Of a stretch of 64,000 bases of DNA, positions 40,431-49,480 are shown piece by piece. The position numbers and the translations under genes were made by a program. The stretch lies in the NCBI GenBank assembly GCA_044229845.1, contig JBGASG010000002.1:576001-640000 (forward strand), in the 5' to 3' direction. The first letter of the stretch is position 1; each line of letters starts with the position of its first letter. The notes below the pieces were generated by a model. That model saw only the letters and a list, made by a program, of their open reading frames with translations, was not told the DNA's origin and did no database searches. This stretch comes from Candidatus Obscuribacteraceae bacterium. Lineage in GTDB: Bacteria; Cyanobacteriota; Vampirovibrionia; Obscuribacterales; Obscuribacteraceae.

Positions 40431-41735
40431 TTACTTGACGCCGGCGATCGCCTTTTCGAGAATCGCCAGACCCTTGTCGAGGTCTGCGTCGCTGACGTTC
40501 AGCGGCGGAATCAGTCTGATCACGTGACCGCTGGTGCCGCAGGTGAGAACAAGCAATTTGTTCTTGATGCACTCGGCGGCTACCTTGTCTGCAATGTCGT
40601 GGCTCGGGCTGCCATCCGGCTCGTTGAATTCGATGCCGATCATCAGACCCAGTCCGCGCACTTCACCGACAGCCTTGTTGCCGGCGGTAGCTTTCTGCAA
40701 CCGTTCAACAATCTGCTTGCCGAGTTTAGCGGCGCGCTCAGGAAGTTTCTCGCTTTCCATCACATCGATGGTGGCAAGAGCGGCTGCGCAAGAAACCGGG
40801 TTGCCACCAAATGTGGAACCATGGCGTCCAGGCTGCCACTTCTGAGTGATTTCTTTGCGGGAGATGAAACCAGAAAGCGGCATGCCGCCGGCGATAGCTT
40901 TCGCCATCAACATGATGTCGGGTTCGACGTTCGAATGCTCGACGGCGAACATCTTGCCGGTGCGACCGAAACCGGTTTGCACTTCGTCGGCGATCAGCAG
41001 GATGCCGTGCTTGTCGGCGATATCACGCAGGCGCTTCATGAAGCTGAAGGGCGGGACGACATAACCGCCTTCGCCTTGCACCGGCTCAACTAAGAGAGCC
41101 GCGATTTGCTCGGGGTGAACCAACTGAGTGAACAGTGCATCGAAAGCACGAATGCACTCGTCGACCAGGGCTTCCGGATTGCCGCGGTGGCTGGAGCGGT
41201 ATTCATATGGGAAAGGCAGGGTGTAGATCGAACCCGGCAGCGGCTCGTACATTTCGCGGTAATAGAGCTTGCTGGTGGTCAGAGCCGTAGTCATGAGGGT
41301 GCGTCCGTGGAACGAACCCTTGAAGTTGACGATTGCCGGACGGCGAGTGACGTACCGCGCCAGCTTCAGGGCGCCCTCGACGGCTTCGGCGCCGCTATTG
41401 GCAAGGAAGACCGAGTCAAGTTTGCCGGGGGCAATCTCGGCGAGCTTCTTGGCCAGGTCGATGTAGGGCTTGTTATGAGTGACCACCGAAGTGTGCATCA
41501 ACTGTGCAACCTGCTTCTGGACCGCTTCCACGACCTTGGGATGGCAGTGCCCGACGCTGTTCACGGCAATGCCTGTCGCAAAATCGAGGTAGGCGTCACC
41601 GTTCATGTCATAGATGTACGACCCTTCGGCGCGCTCAGCGACAATATGCGCGGTTCTGGACAGAACCGGGTTCACATGCGCTTCGTCGAGCTTGAGGTAG
41701 GCCTCATTCTTGTCTGTTTTCGAAACCGTCACCAT
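40431..41735 (-). CDS. class-III PLP aminotransferase, GabT/DavT-like
   Basis: SGAEAVE, FHGRT, EPVQGEGG, DEVQTGFGRTG, MAKAIAGG, TFGGNP. Confidence 0.92.
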   Translation of the reverse strand: MVTVSKTDKNEAYLKLDEAHVNPVLSRTAHIVAERAEGSYIYDMNGDAYLDFATGIAVNSVGHCHPKVVEAVQKQVAQLMHTSVVTHNKPYIDLAKKLAEIAPGKLDSVFLANSGAEAVEGALKLARYVTRRPAIVNFKGSFHGRTLMTTALTTSKLYYREMYEPLPGSIYTLPFPYEYRSSHRGNPEALVDECIRAFDALFTQLVHPEQIAALLVEPVQGEGGYVVPPFSFMKRLRDIADKHGILLIADEVQTGFGRTGKMFAVEHSNVEPDIMLMAKAIAGGMPLSGFISRKEITQKWQPGRHGSTFGGNPVSCAAALATIDVMESEKLPERAAKLGKQIVERLQKATAGNKAVGEVRGLGLMIGIEFNEPDGSPSHDIADKVAAECIKNKLLVLTCGTSGHVIRLIPPLNVSDADLDKGLAILEKAIAGVK

Positions 41736-42118
41736 CGCTGTCTCCTTCTGGTATCCGGCTAATCGGGGCTTTCCGCACCGGGCGTCCCCTGAGATGAGGC
41801 GCCGGCGGCAGTTTCCCGCCCTAGTCTGATCCACTCAGCAGACAACCATATTGCAAGCCCGCTAAAACGGGCTGATTGCCTGCCCCTCTGCTTTAAATGA
41901 CCTCAGATCTTAGCGCACAAGCGCTTTTCAAACCCCTGAAGCGCGCTAATCAAGCAAGATTCGACCCGCTATGGCTGTCATTGCCCGCGTGCACAAAGTT
42001 TGCACGCCTCAAAAACGGGCACCCGTGGACCTTTGCGGTTTTCACAATTTTTTCACGGTCGCAGGCTTATGCTGGGCTCGTTAGGCAGGACCCTGGGTTG
42101 GTCTCTAGCGGGGCGGAA

Positions 42119-42433
42119 ATGAATCCAATCTCTGATAGGCGGGGTGTACCCGCGCGAGTCTTAGGGTCGCTTCTGGCGCAAGCCAGAGTCATAGCTGACT
42201 ACCAATTTCTGGCTGAGCACTGCGGTGTCACCCGGGAAGAAATAGATGCGGTCACGGACGACGATCAATCTACCACCATATCCGGTGCAGCCTGGGCAGC
42301 GCATCGCACCACATGCGAAACCGCCGACGATGCAAAAGAACTGTTCGGCGCCGCGCTTGGGGCGAACGCACGCGTGCGTTTCCTCGACAGCCTGCGCTCC
42401 GACCTCAGCGATTGCAACTCGGCCATCGCCTAG
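42119..42433 (+). CDS. hypothetical protein
   Basis: Short ORF filling the gap before the convergent gene; no motif. Confidence 0.4.
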   Translation: MNPISDRRGVPARVLGSLLAQARVIADYQFLAEHCGVTREEIDAVTDDDQSTTISGAAWAAHRTTCETADDAKELFGAALGANARVRFLDSLRSDLSDCNSAIA

Positions 42434-42440
42434 GCGGCCG

Positions 42441-45400
42441 CTATTCCATTTGTTCGTCTTGCGCAATTTGAATGGACGTGAACGCGTCTTTGATCGCGGT
42501 GTTGATGCGAATCAGCGCTTGCTCGGAAGACTTGCGCACCAGATAGGCATCCTCTTCCAGACGTGAGATCAATTCTTCTTGCAGTTGCTTGGCCCGCTCT
42601 TCCAGACTGGCGACGCTGGCATTCAGTGACTCGTGGATTTCTTGAGCGGCTTCGGAAGTTTTGGCATCCATGCGTTCCAAAACCGACTCACGCTCGTTCA
42701 ATAGATCCGCGTCGCCTTCGATATTGGCGGGGTCGCACAGCACTCGCACCGAGCGGTCCATTTCGGAAATCTGTTCTTCGGTGCGCTGGAATTTCGCCTT
42801 CGCATCCTCAATCGTGTCTTCGACGAAGGCGCGGAAGTCCATGTCGCAGCGGTCGGCATCGAAGCGCTGACGCTCCTCGACCGACTCGCGAATCTTGCTG
42901 GTCTGAACGATGACATCGGAGATTTGCTGTTTCTTGTCGTCCAGAATAGGCGCGAACTCTTCGATGATCTGGGCGGCTTTAGCTTCCAGGTCCGAAATCA
43001 ATTTGCTCTGAAACTCGCTGATCAACGCCCGCAGCGTATCGCGGTGCGTACGCAACTGCGGCGTCAACTGAGTCTGCACCGCATCCAGGCGAGCCGTGAC
43101 GAAATCCAGCTCTGCCGCCTGAATAGATTGTCCAAGTCGGGACAACACATCTTGATTGATGTGGTCGAGTTGTTTGCGGGCGCGGTCGTAGACCTGTCCC
43201 AGCTGGTTGTCCAGGTGTTCGTAGTTATCGCGCAGCGATTCGGCGGTGGACTTACTGCGGTCCTGCACCTGCTCGTTGACGTGCTCGATGATGCCGTCCA
43301 GTGCAAATGAATAGTATTCGTTTGCTTCCGTAAACTGATTGAGCAGCGACTCCATCAGTTGCCGCAAGTCAGCCATGGCTTTGGCACGCTGCGCATCGCT
43401 CGTTTCCTGGAAAGACCGCGCCAGCACTTCCGCTCGCACGCGCACTTCTTCGAACGACTCGTTGAGAGACTCGGTGAGCGACTTGTTTTTCTCATCGACG
43501 GCTTCTTCGCCTTCTTCGACGAAACGCTCGATCGCGTCGCGTCCGACGACAGCCTTCTGTCCTATGTCGACGCGCACATCGTTCATGGCTTGTTGCAGCC
43601 GCTCGGTCAGATAAGTGCGCAGTTCGTTGGTCTTTTCGATGCTGGCTTTTTCCGATTCGCGCACTTTCTCGACGGCAGACGAAAACGCGGAATTCAAAGA
43701 TTCGGAAATCTCTTCCAGCTGCTCTTCCAGCTTCGCGGACGCTTTGGTTGCCTGTTGCTCCAGCTTGGAGACCAGTCCGGCAACGCCGCTCTTCACGTTG
43801 AGCGGGTCTTTGAGGGCGCTGATACGGCTCTCTCCGAGCGGTCCCTCGGCTCTCTTCTTGCGCGGCGGCACGGCGGCGATCGACGACGGCGGCTCGATAC
43901 GCACCGGTTCCGGCACTTCGCGGGGCGGTTCCGGCTCTTCCGGTTCGGCTCCGAATGTGGCCAGAATCGGGTCGATCTTGGGCACGGAGATTTTCACTTG
44001 CGGCGGCGACGGCGGCGCGTCAGCATCGCTGCCTGCGCCCTTCACTTCCACAGGTCGCACCACTGACGGTGGCTCGATGTGCGGCTTTTGAATCTCAGTC
44101 GTAAACTCCGAGACGGGCAGCGGAGGCATGCCGGCATCGGCAGGCGGCGCCGGCGGCAATCCGGATCCCATAAAATCAATAGCCGGCGCGGCAGCCGGTA
44201 TTTCTGGCGCGGGCGCGGCGGTGCTTGTATCTGCAGCCGCAGCAGCTGGCGCCGGGGGCGCAGCGGGCGGTGCCGGTATTGTCGGTGCTGTCGGTGCTGT
44301 CGGTGCAGGTGTTGCCGGTGCAGGCGGTGTCGCCGCCGGTTCCGGTTCGCCGCCGCCGAATATATCTTGTGGCACCGGCGGTGGTGCCGGACCGCCACCA
44401 CCCAGCTTGGCAAGCGAATCCATGCCGGCGAACTTAGGCGGTTGCTGAGTCAAGCTACCCAGTAGTTTGCTGAAGCCGGTCGGTCCGCCGCTGCCGTCTT
44501 GGGCAGCATCACCACCGGGCGCATCCCAGGGCGAGGGTCCGCCGGGGGCAGAACCTGCTTCAGCGGCAGCAGCTGGTGGAGTTGACGGTGCATCGACAGG
44601 TGTTGGTGCCGCTTGCGGTGCGGTTTCCGCCGTATCTGCCGGCGGCGTCGCCGCTGCAGCCGGAGCCGCGCCGGCGTCGGCAGGTTGTTTGGATGGCGGC
44701 ACGGGAATCTTGATGGCCAGGCGACCGGGACGGGTGCTCGGCACCGGCGGTGGTGCGGGAGCTTCGACCGGCGGCGGTGGCGGGGCTGGCGGCACCGGCA
44801 ATTCGCTGGTGGCAGCAGTTGTGGGAGCAGCTGCAGGCGGAGTAGGCACAGACTCGGCAGACGGCATGTCCATTCCACCTTCGAAATCAGGCACTGGCGG
44901 TACACTTGGTTGGGCACCACCGGCGGGTGGCAGATTGCGCGGACCCAGTGAAGCCAGGATACCCGGACGTCCACCACCACCACCGGCGGCGGCAGGCGGT
45001 GTTGGTACGGCTGGCGCTGCCGGAGCTTCGGCAGCCGGCTGCGGCTGCGGTGCTTGCGGCACCGGCATAGACGGAATCTGCGGCATCGGAATTTTGATCT
45101 GGGGCTTCGGCTGGCTGGTGGTGATGGCTTCGCCAGGAGCGCCCGGGTCGGGAGTCTTGTTGTTGAGCGCGGCAGCTTCCGCCGCTTCCACAATCGCGCC
45201 CAGCAGAGCATCCTTGGCGTCGACACCAGGATTACGCTTCTGGAACTTAGCCAGCATCGGCATCGCGTCCATGGTCGCTTCCTGGTCGTCTTCCTTCTCT
45301 TCCAGATCCATATATAGGGCGGCGCGTTCACCGGTATTGGTCTTCGCAGCCGTTGCCACTTCCCCTGTCTCTTGCGCGCCAGCAGAACGTTCGTTGGTCC

Positions 45401-46049
45401 CCTCAAGGGCAACGAACACTTCGCGCATGTCAGGCAGCTTGGTGCCGGCCGGCGGCTCTTTGTCCGAGAAAAGCAAGAAGGCCAGTTGACCCGGATCGAG
45501 CACCGACTCGGTGAAACCCGGATCCATCTGCATGCCCAGCGTCGTTAAAAAAGTCATGACGGGATCGGGCAAATTCAATTGGTTGGCGCTGCGTGAACCT
45601 GAGCCGCCATACCGTGCCATCATCTCAGCCAGGCGCACATCGATCGTGTCGTCAATGTCCTGCTGTCTGCGTCCTACCGCATAGTAGAAGCCACCACCAT
45701 TGGATTTGGCGATTGCTGCCTGCACGGCAAGAAACTGTTCCAGCGGCTGCGTGTCGTACCGATCACCGGAAACATTGATGGCCATCAGCTGACCACCCTC
45801 GCCCTTGAGAATCAAGCACGCCTGCGCGACTTTAAAAGAATCGCCTTCCGAAACACCGATACCGCTGGTGGAGTCACCCCAGGGGCTGTAAATAGGATCG
45901 AGGAAGAAAAGCACATCGCCTGAACGCAGATTCTGCGCGTGGCGGGTCGCCCATACCTCCGGTGTGATGGTCGAAGACGGCTGCCAGTAACGAAGATACT
46001 GGCGCATCGTCTGGAAAGGTAGATTCTGCTGAAAAAGCAGGAAGCTCAT
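42441..46049 (-). CDS. 1202-aa protein: N-terminal globular domain, long Pro/Ala-rich linker, C-terminal hendecad helical rod
   Basis: Composition changes visible in the translation; 11-residue hydrophobic periodicity from about residue 765. Confidence 0.85.
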   Translation of the reverse strand: MSFLLFQQNLPFQTMRQYLRYWQPSSTITPEVWATRHAQNLRSGDVLFFLDPIYSPWGDSTSGIGVSEGDSFKVAQACLILKGEGGQLMAINVSGDRYDTQPLEQFLAVQAAIAKSNGGGFYYAVGRRQQDIDDTIDVRLAEMMARYGGSGSRSANQLNLPDPVMTFLTTLGMQMDPGFTESVLDPGQLAFLLFSDKEPPAGTKLPDMREVFVALEGTNERSAGAQETGEVATAAKTNTGERAALYMDLEEKEDDQEATMDAMPMLAKFQKRNPGVDAKDALLGAIVEAAEAAALNNKTPDPGAPGEAITTSQPKPQIKIPMPQIPSMPVPQAPQPQPAAEAPAAPAVPTPPAAAGGGGGRPGILASLGPRNLPPAGGAQPSVPPVPDFEGGMDMPSAESVPTPPAAAPTTAATSELPVPPAPPPPPVEAPAPPPVPSTRPGRLAIKIPVPPSKQPADAGAAPAAAATPPADTAETAPQAAPTPVDAPSTPPAAAAEAGSAPGGPSPWDAPGGDAAQDGSGGPTGFSKLLGSLTQQPPKFAGMDSLAKLGGGGPAPPPVPQDIFGGGEPEPAATPPAPATPAPTAPTAPTIPAPPAAPPAPAAAAADTSTAAPAPEIPAAAPAIDFMGSGLPPAPPADAGMPPLPVSEFTTEIQKPHIEPPSVVRPVEVKGAGSDADAPPSPPQVKISVPKIDPILATFGAEPEEPEPPREVPEPVRIEPPSSIAAVPPRKKRAEGPLGESRISALKDPLNVKSGVAGLVSKLEQQATKASAKLEEQLEEISESLNSAFSSAVEKVRESEKASIEKTNELRTYLTERLQQAMNDVRVDIGQKAVVGRDAIERFVEEGEEAVDEKNKSLTESLNESFEEVRVRAEVLARSFQETSDAQRAKAMADLRQLMESLLNQFTEANEYYSFALDGIIEHVNEQVQDRSKSTAESLRDNYEHLDNQLGQVYDRARKQLDHINQDVLSRLGQSIQAAELDFVTARLDAVQTQLTPQLRTHRDTLRALISEFQSKLISDLEAKAAQIIEEFAPILDDKKQQISDVIVQTSKIRESVEERQRFDADRCDMDFRAFVEDTIEDAKAKFQRTEEQISEMDRSVRVLCDPANIEGDADLLNERESVLERMDAKTSEAAQEIHESLNASVASLEERAKQLQEELISRLEEDAYLVRKSSEQALIRINTAIKDAFTSIQIAQDEQME

Positions 46050-47779
46050 GGGGTACCTTCTCCCTGTCCAGGCGGTCTCTTCTCTGTCCTGGTGACGCGA
46101 ATCTTAGGATTGCGACGCACCTCGCCTTCCGGCTTGGCCTCGGGAGGTTTCTCCTCAGCATCTTTGTCTGCGGCGGCAGCGCTATCATCTCTGTCAGCGG
46201 CAGCAGCGCTATCATCTCTGTCAGCGGCGGCAGCACCCGTGCTGTCGGAATCTTTGTCCTCGTCCGTCAATGCCGAAGCGATTTCCGAAAGCATGCTGCT
46301 CTCGTCGTCACCGGACTTGGCTGCCGCGCCATCGCTGTCTTTGCCGTCTTCCTCGCCCTTCTCGCCACGCGGCAGAGCGATGCGTTTGCTCTTAGCCGGT
46401 ACCGGTGTAGTTTCCAGCTTCAGCGAAGAGTCACTGGCACCGCCACCGGTGCCGGCTTTGAGAATAATATCCAGCGCCATCTGTTTGCGGGCGTTAACCC
46501 GGTCGATAAAGACTGTCGCCAACGCTTCTATAGATGCGATGCGCTCTCCGGAGATCGTCTTGAACTCGGAGGCGGCCCCTTCCTGTGCGGTGGTGATGGC
46601 AGTTTCCGCCTCCGCGCAAATGCTCTTCAGCTCTTCCAGCGTCTTGGTGGCCAGTGAATTCAGTTTCTCACCGAACTTGGACTGTACATCCTCCAGCTCG
46701 TTCCAGATTTCCTGCACCAGGCGTCCGCGCTCGTCATCGAGCTCTTGCCTGAAAGTCTCACCCGATCTGATGCGGCGGGTCAGCTCATCGGTAAATGCCG
46801 TCATGTGCACGGTGCCCGACTTGCGCAAATCTTGTTCACGGTCGGCCAGATGGCTGATTATCGACTCGGCGAGGCTATCCATGTCGCGGCTCAAGTCTTG
46901 CGTTTTCATCGATAGATCGGCCATCGATGACTCGTGCAAGCTCTCCAGATCGGAAGCCGCCCGCACGGATGCATAATCGAATGAGCCGTTGGAATCATCG
47001 AGCGACTGTTTGAAGCTGTGCTGCAGATGCTCTTCGGCATCGTTGGTTTTTTCGGTAGCACCACGCAACAGCCGCTCGAGCACTTGCTTGATCTCAGTTT
47101 GCCCCTCGCGCGAGAAATTGGCGAAGCCCTTGGTGCAGGTGCTCAAGTTTTCGACGATGCGCTCTTCAGCATAGGTGACGCTGGTTTTTACCGAGCTCAA
47201 GTGTGTGAAGTAGGAGCCGAACAGTTTGTTTTTGGCTTCGTTTTCGTCTTCGACCAGCGTATGGAGGTTTTCTTCCACAGCCTTCTGCGATTCATCGACG
47301 GCGACGTTGCCGGTATCTTTGATTTGCTGTGCAGCCGACAAGCCATGGCGCAGCAAATTGGTGTGCACATCGTTGGCTTCCGCATCATGCTGGTCGGTGG
47401 CATCTTTAGATACGTCAGCCAGTCTATGCCCGGAAGAAACTTTCAGGTGATTGACCGACTCGGAAAACTTCTTTGTCAAAAGCACCAGTCCTTCGACAAG
47501 GTTTTTGACGCACTTTTCGTTTTCATGAATTTCCGACGCCACAGCTTTCTCGATACGTTCCAGTCCGCGATCGAGGTAAGCGCGCAGCTCTTCTTCCAGC
47601 TGCGCCGTTTTGTCTTCCAGCAGCTTGCGCGCCGCCGGCTCATCTTGAGTGTGTGTCGTCAGGTGACTTTCGGTAGCCTGTTCAATAGCATTCTTCTGGT
47701 TGACCTCGAGTTCTTCGAGGCGCTTTTCACCAGCGTCGAATATATCTTGAAGGCTCTTACCAGAAACGTTCACTGCCAC
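46046..47779 (-). CDS. hendecad helical-rod protein with acidic disordered tail
   Basis: 11-residue periodicity over about 440 aa; AAAADRDDS repeats in the tail; ATGA overlap with next gene. Confidence 0.85.
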   Translation of the reverse strand: MAVNVSGKSLQDIFDAGEKRLEELEVNQKNAIEQATESHLTTHTQDEPAARKLLEDKTAQLEEELRAYLDRGLERIEKAVASEIHENEKCVKNLVEGLVLLTKKFSESVNHLKVSSGHRLADVSKDATDQHDAEANDVHTNLLRHGLSAAQQIKDTGNVAVDESQKAVEENLHTLVEDENEAKNKLFGSYFTHLSSVKTSVTYAEERIVENLSTCTKGFANFSREGQTEIKQVLERLLRGATEKTNDAEEHLQHSFKQSLDDSNGSFDYASVRAASDLESLHESSMADLSMKTQDLSRDMDSLAESIISHLADREQDLRKSGTVHMTAFTDELTRRIRSGETFRQELDDERGRLVQEIWNELEDVQSKFGEKLNSLATKTLEELKSICAEAETAITTAQEGAASEFKTISGERIASIEALATVFIDRVNARKQMALDIILKAGTGGGASDSSLKLETTPVPAKSKRIALPRGEKGEEDGKDSDGAAAKSGDDESSMLSEIASALTDEDKDSDSTGAAAADRDDSAAAADRDDSAAAADKDAEEKPPEAKPEGEVRRNPKIRVTRTEKRPPGQGEGTP

Positions 47780-47783
47780 CTCG

Positions 47784-49205
47784 CTAATCCGCCCCGAACG
47801 ACAACATAGCCTTGCGATACGCTACGACCGTGATCTCCGCATCGCGTCCGGCTTTCTCTATCTGTTCGAGCTGCGATTCCAGCTCGGTGCACTGTTTTTG
47901 AAACTCCTTCATCGCCCGCTCTACATCTTTAGCCATCATGCGGCTTTCGCGTTCGAGCAATTCCACGGCACCAGCTTTGGTGCTCTCGATGCGCTGGTTA
48001 AACCCATCGGTCGACTTGACGAAGTCGCTGAGCAAAGTCTCGGAAGCACTGCGCACCGACTCGGTCAATCCGGCGCCCCAGCGCTTCAGGTGCGTGGTCA
48101 ACTGATCGCGCAACTTCTGATCTTTATGCTGGCGAGCAATACCTGTATAACGCAAGTCCGCATTGTGCTCGCTGATATATGTTTCGAGGCGCTTGAGCAG
48201 AGTTTCCAGTTTCTCCAGATATTCGCGTTCGAGCGCTCGCAAAGAAACTTCCAGTTCGCTACGCGTCAAACGAATCTTTTCCTGCGCCTGGTGTGTCAGT
48301 TCGCCCAATTCGTTGCGAGCCTGAGCGCCGACGTTAGCCAGTTTCGTCTCATAAGCTTCGCGCAGCACGGTACTCAAGTTGAGCAGCGAACTGTCGAAGT
48401 TGTCGCAGACTTCGCCGACCTGTTCTTTGAAATTGTCATTGGCGCGATCCAGTGCTTGCAGCGCCGTAGACTTTGCTGCTTTCACGGAATCAAGTCCGAC
48501 TTCGCTCTTCAAATTGAGCTGCTCGATAGTTTCTTCACAGCGCACGCTCAGATCGTCAGCCAGTCCATCGGTCTTGCCGCGCAGTTGTTCCTGGCAATCG
48601 GAGAGCGTGCGCGAAATCTGGCCGCGCGCGGAGTCGGTTTTGTCGACGATGCTGCCGGAGACCTGTCCCAACTTTTCCGCCAGCATGATTTCTGCCTGAT
48701 CTCTGCTGGAATCGATCGATTGACTGCTTTCGTCAAGAAACGTCTTGAGCGCCTTGATCGTCACATCGGAAGCGCTGCGAATCTGGCGCTCCGGTTCTTC
48801 GAGATAGGTGCGCAGTTCGGACATGCGCGTTTCGATCAAAGTGGCTATTTTCGATTCCAGCTCAGAGGAGTGATTGGCCAGCCTAGAACGCACATCGCGA
48901 CCGGATGCAAGTATTGCTTCCACTTCCGCCCGCTCGGCTTCGGAAAGCTCCTTCATGAGCTTCTCTTTGTCGCGCAGCAGATCTTCTAAATTGCTTTTCA
49001 CGCAGTAGTCGAACCGGCGCGACACGGCGCGCAGCTCTTCTTCAAATGATTTACCGAGGCTGTCGCTGAACGTAATTAAGTGCTCGGTGTAAGTCGACAC
49101 CGATTTCTCAAGCTCGACGCTGGCTTTTGCCAATGCCTCGAGCATCTGCTTAGCGGTTGAGTCAAAATTTTCAGCTGATTGTGACTTGCTGGTTGCCATT
49201 GCCAA
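47784..49205 (-). CDS. hendecad helical-rod protein
   Basis: Uninterrupted 11-residue periodicity over about 200 aa; 4 bp from the next gene; alternative ATG at 49199. Confidence 0.85.
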   Translation of the reverse strand: MAMATSKSQSAENFDSTAKQMLEALAKASVELEKSVSTYTEHLITFSDSLGKSFEEELRAVSRRFDYCVKSNLEDLLRDKEKLMKELSEAERAEVEAILASGRDVRSRLANHSSELESKIATLIETRMSELRTYLEEPERQIRSASDVTIKALKTFLDESSQSIDSSRDQAEIMLAEKLGQVSGSIVDKTDSARGQISRTLSDCQEQLRGKTDGLADDLSVRCEETIEQLNLKSEVGLDSVKAAKSTALQALDRANDNFKEQVGEVCDNFDSSLLNLSTVLREAYETKLANVGAQARNELGELTHQAQEKIRLTRSELEVSLRALEREYLEKLETLLKRLETYISEHNADLRYTGIARQHKDQKLRDQLTTHLKRWGAGLTESVRSASETLLSDFVKSTDGFNQRIESTKAGAVELLERESRMMAKDVERAMKEFQKQCTELESQLEQIEKAGRDAEITVVAYRKAMLSFGAD

Positions 49206-49480
49206 AAGCGTCTAAAAACGACCAAAATCCCCAGTCATATAGGTTATGCCCACATCGAACCTCATATCTTATGCAAAATCGCCTAAAACCCGCCAGTAGG
49301 CTAGCCAAGCGGTCGCCGCCTAAATGCGGCTCGCCTGAGAAAACACGCGCCAGTGCTGACAAATGCAGGAAGTCAAGAACCGCTCGAAAAATTCGCGGTT
49401 ATTCCGAATATTAAGCAACCGCGTCTGATAAGGTTTCGCGGTCGCCGATAACGTCAGAGCTCAAGCGATATCGCTTCAGT

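Noticed and set aside
41736..41900. Riboswitch (e.g. lysine) in the aminotransferase leader
   Set aside because: GC-rich hairpins are possible, but I could not match any known aptamer consensus
42441..49205. SMC/Wadjet, phage tape-measure or chemoreceptor genes
   Set aside because: No Walker motifs, hinge, TM segments, MCP signalling motif or phage neighbours
49235..49275. Imperfect TCATAT..TTATGC direct repeat upstream of the rod operon
   Set aside because: Too short and degenerate to support as an operator without orthologous sequences
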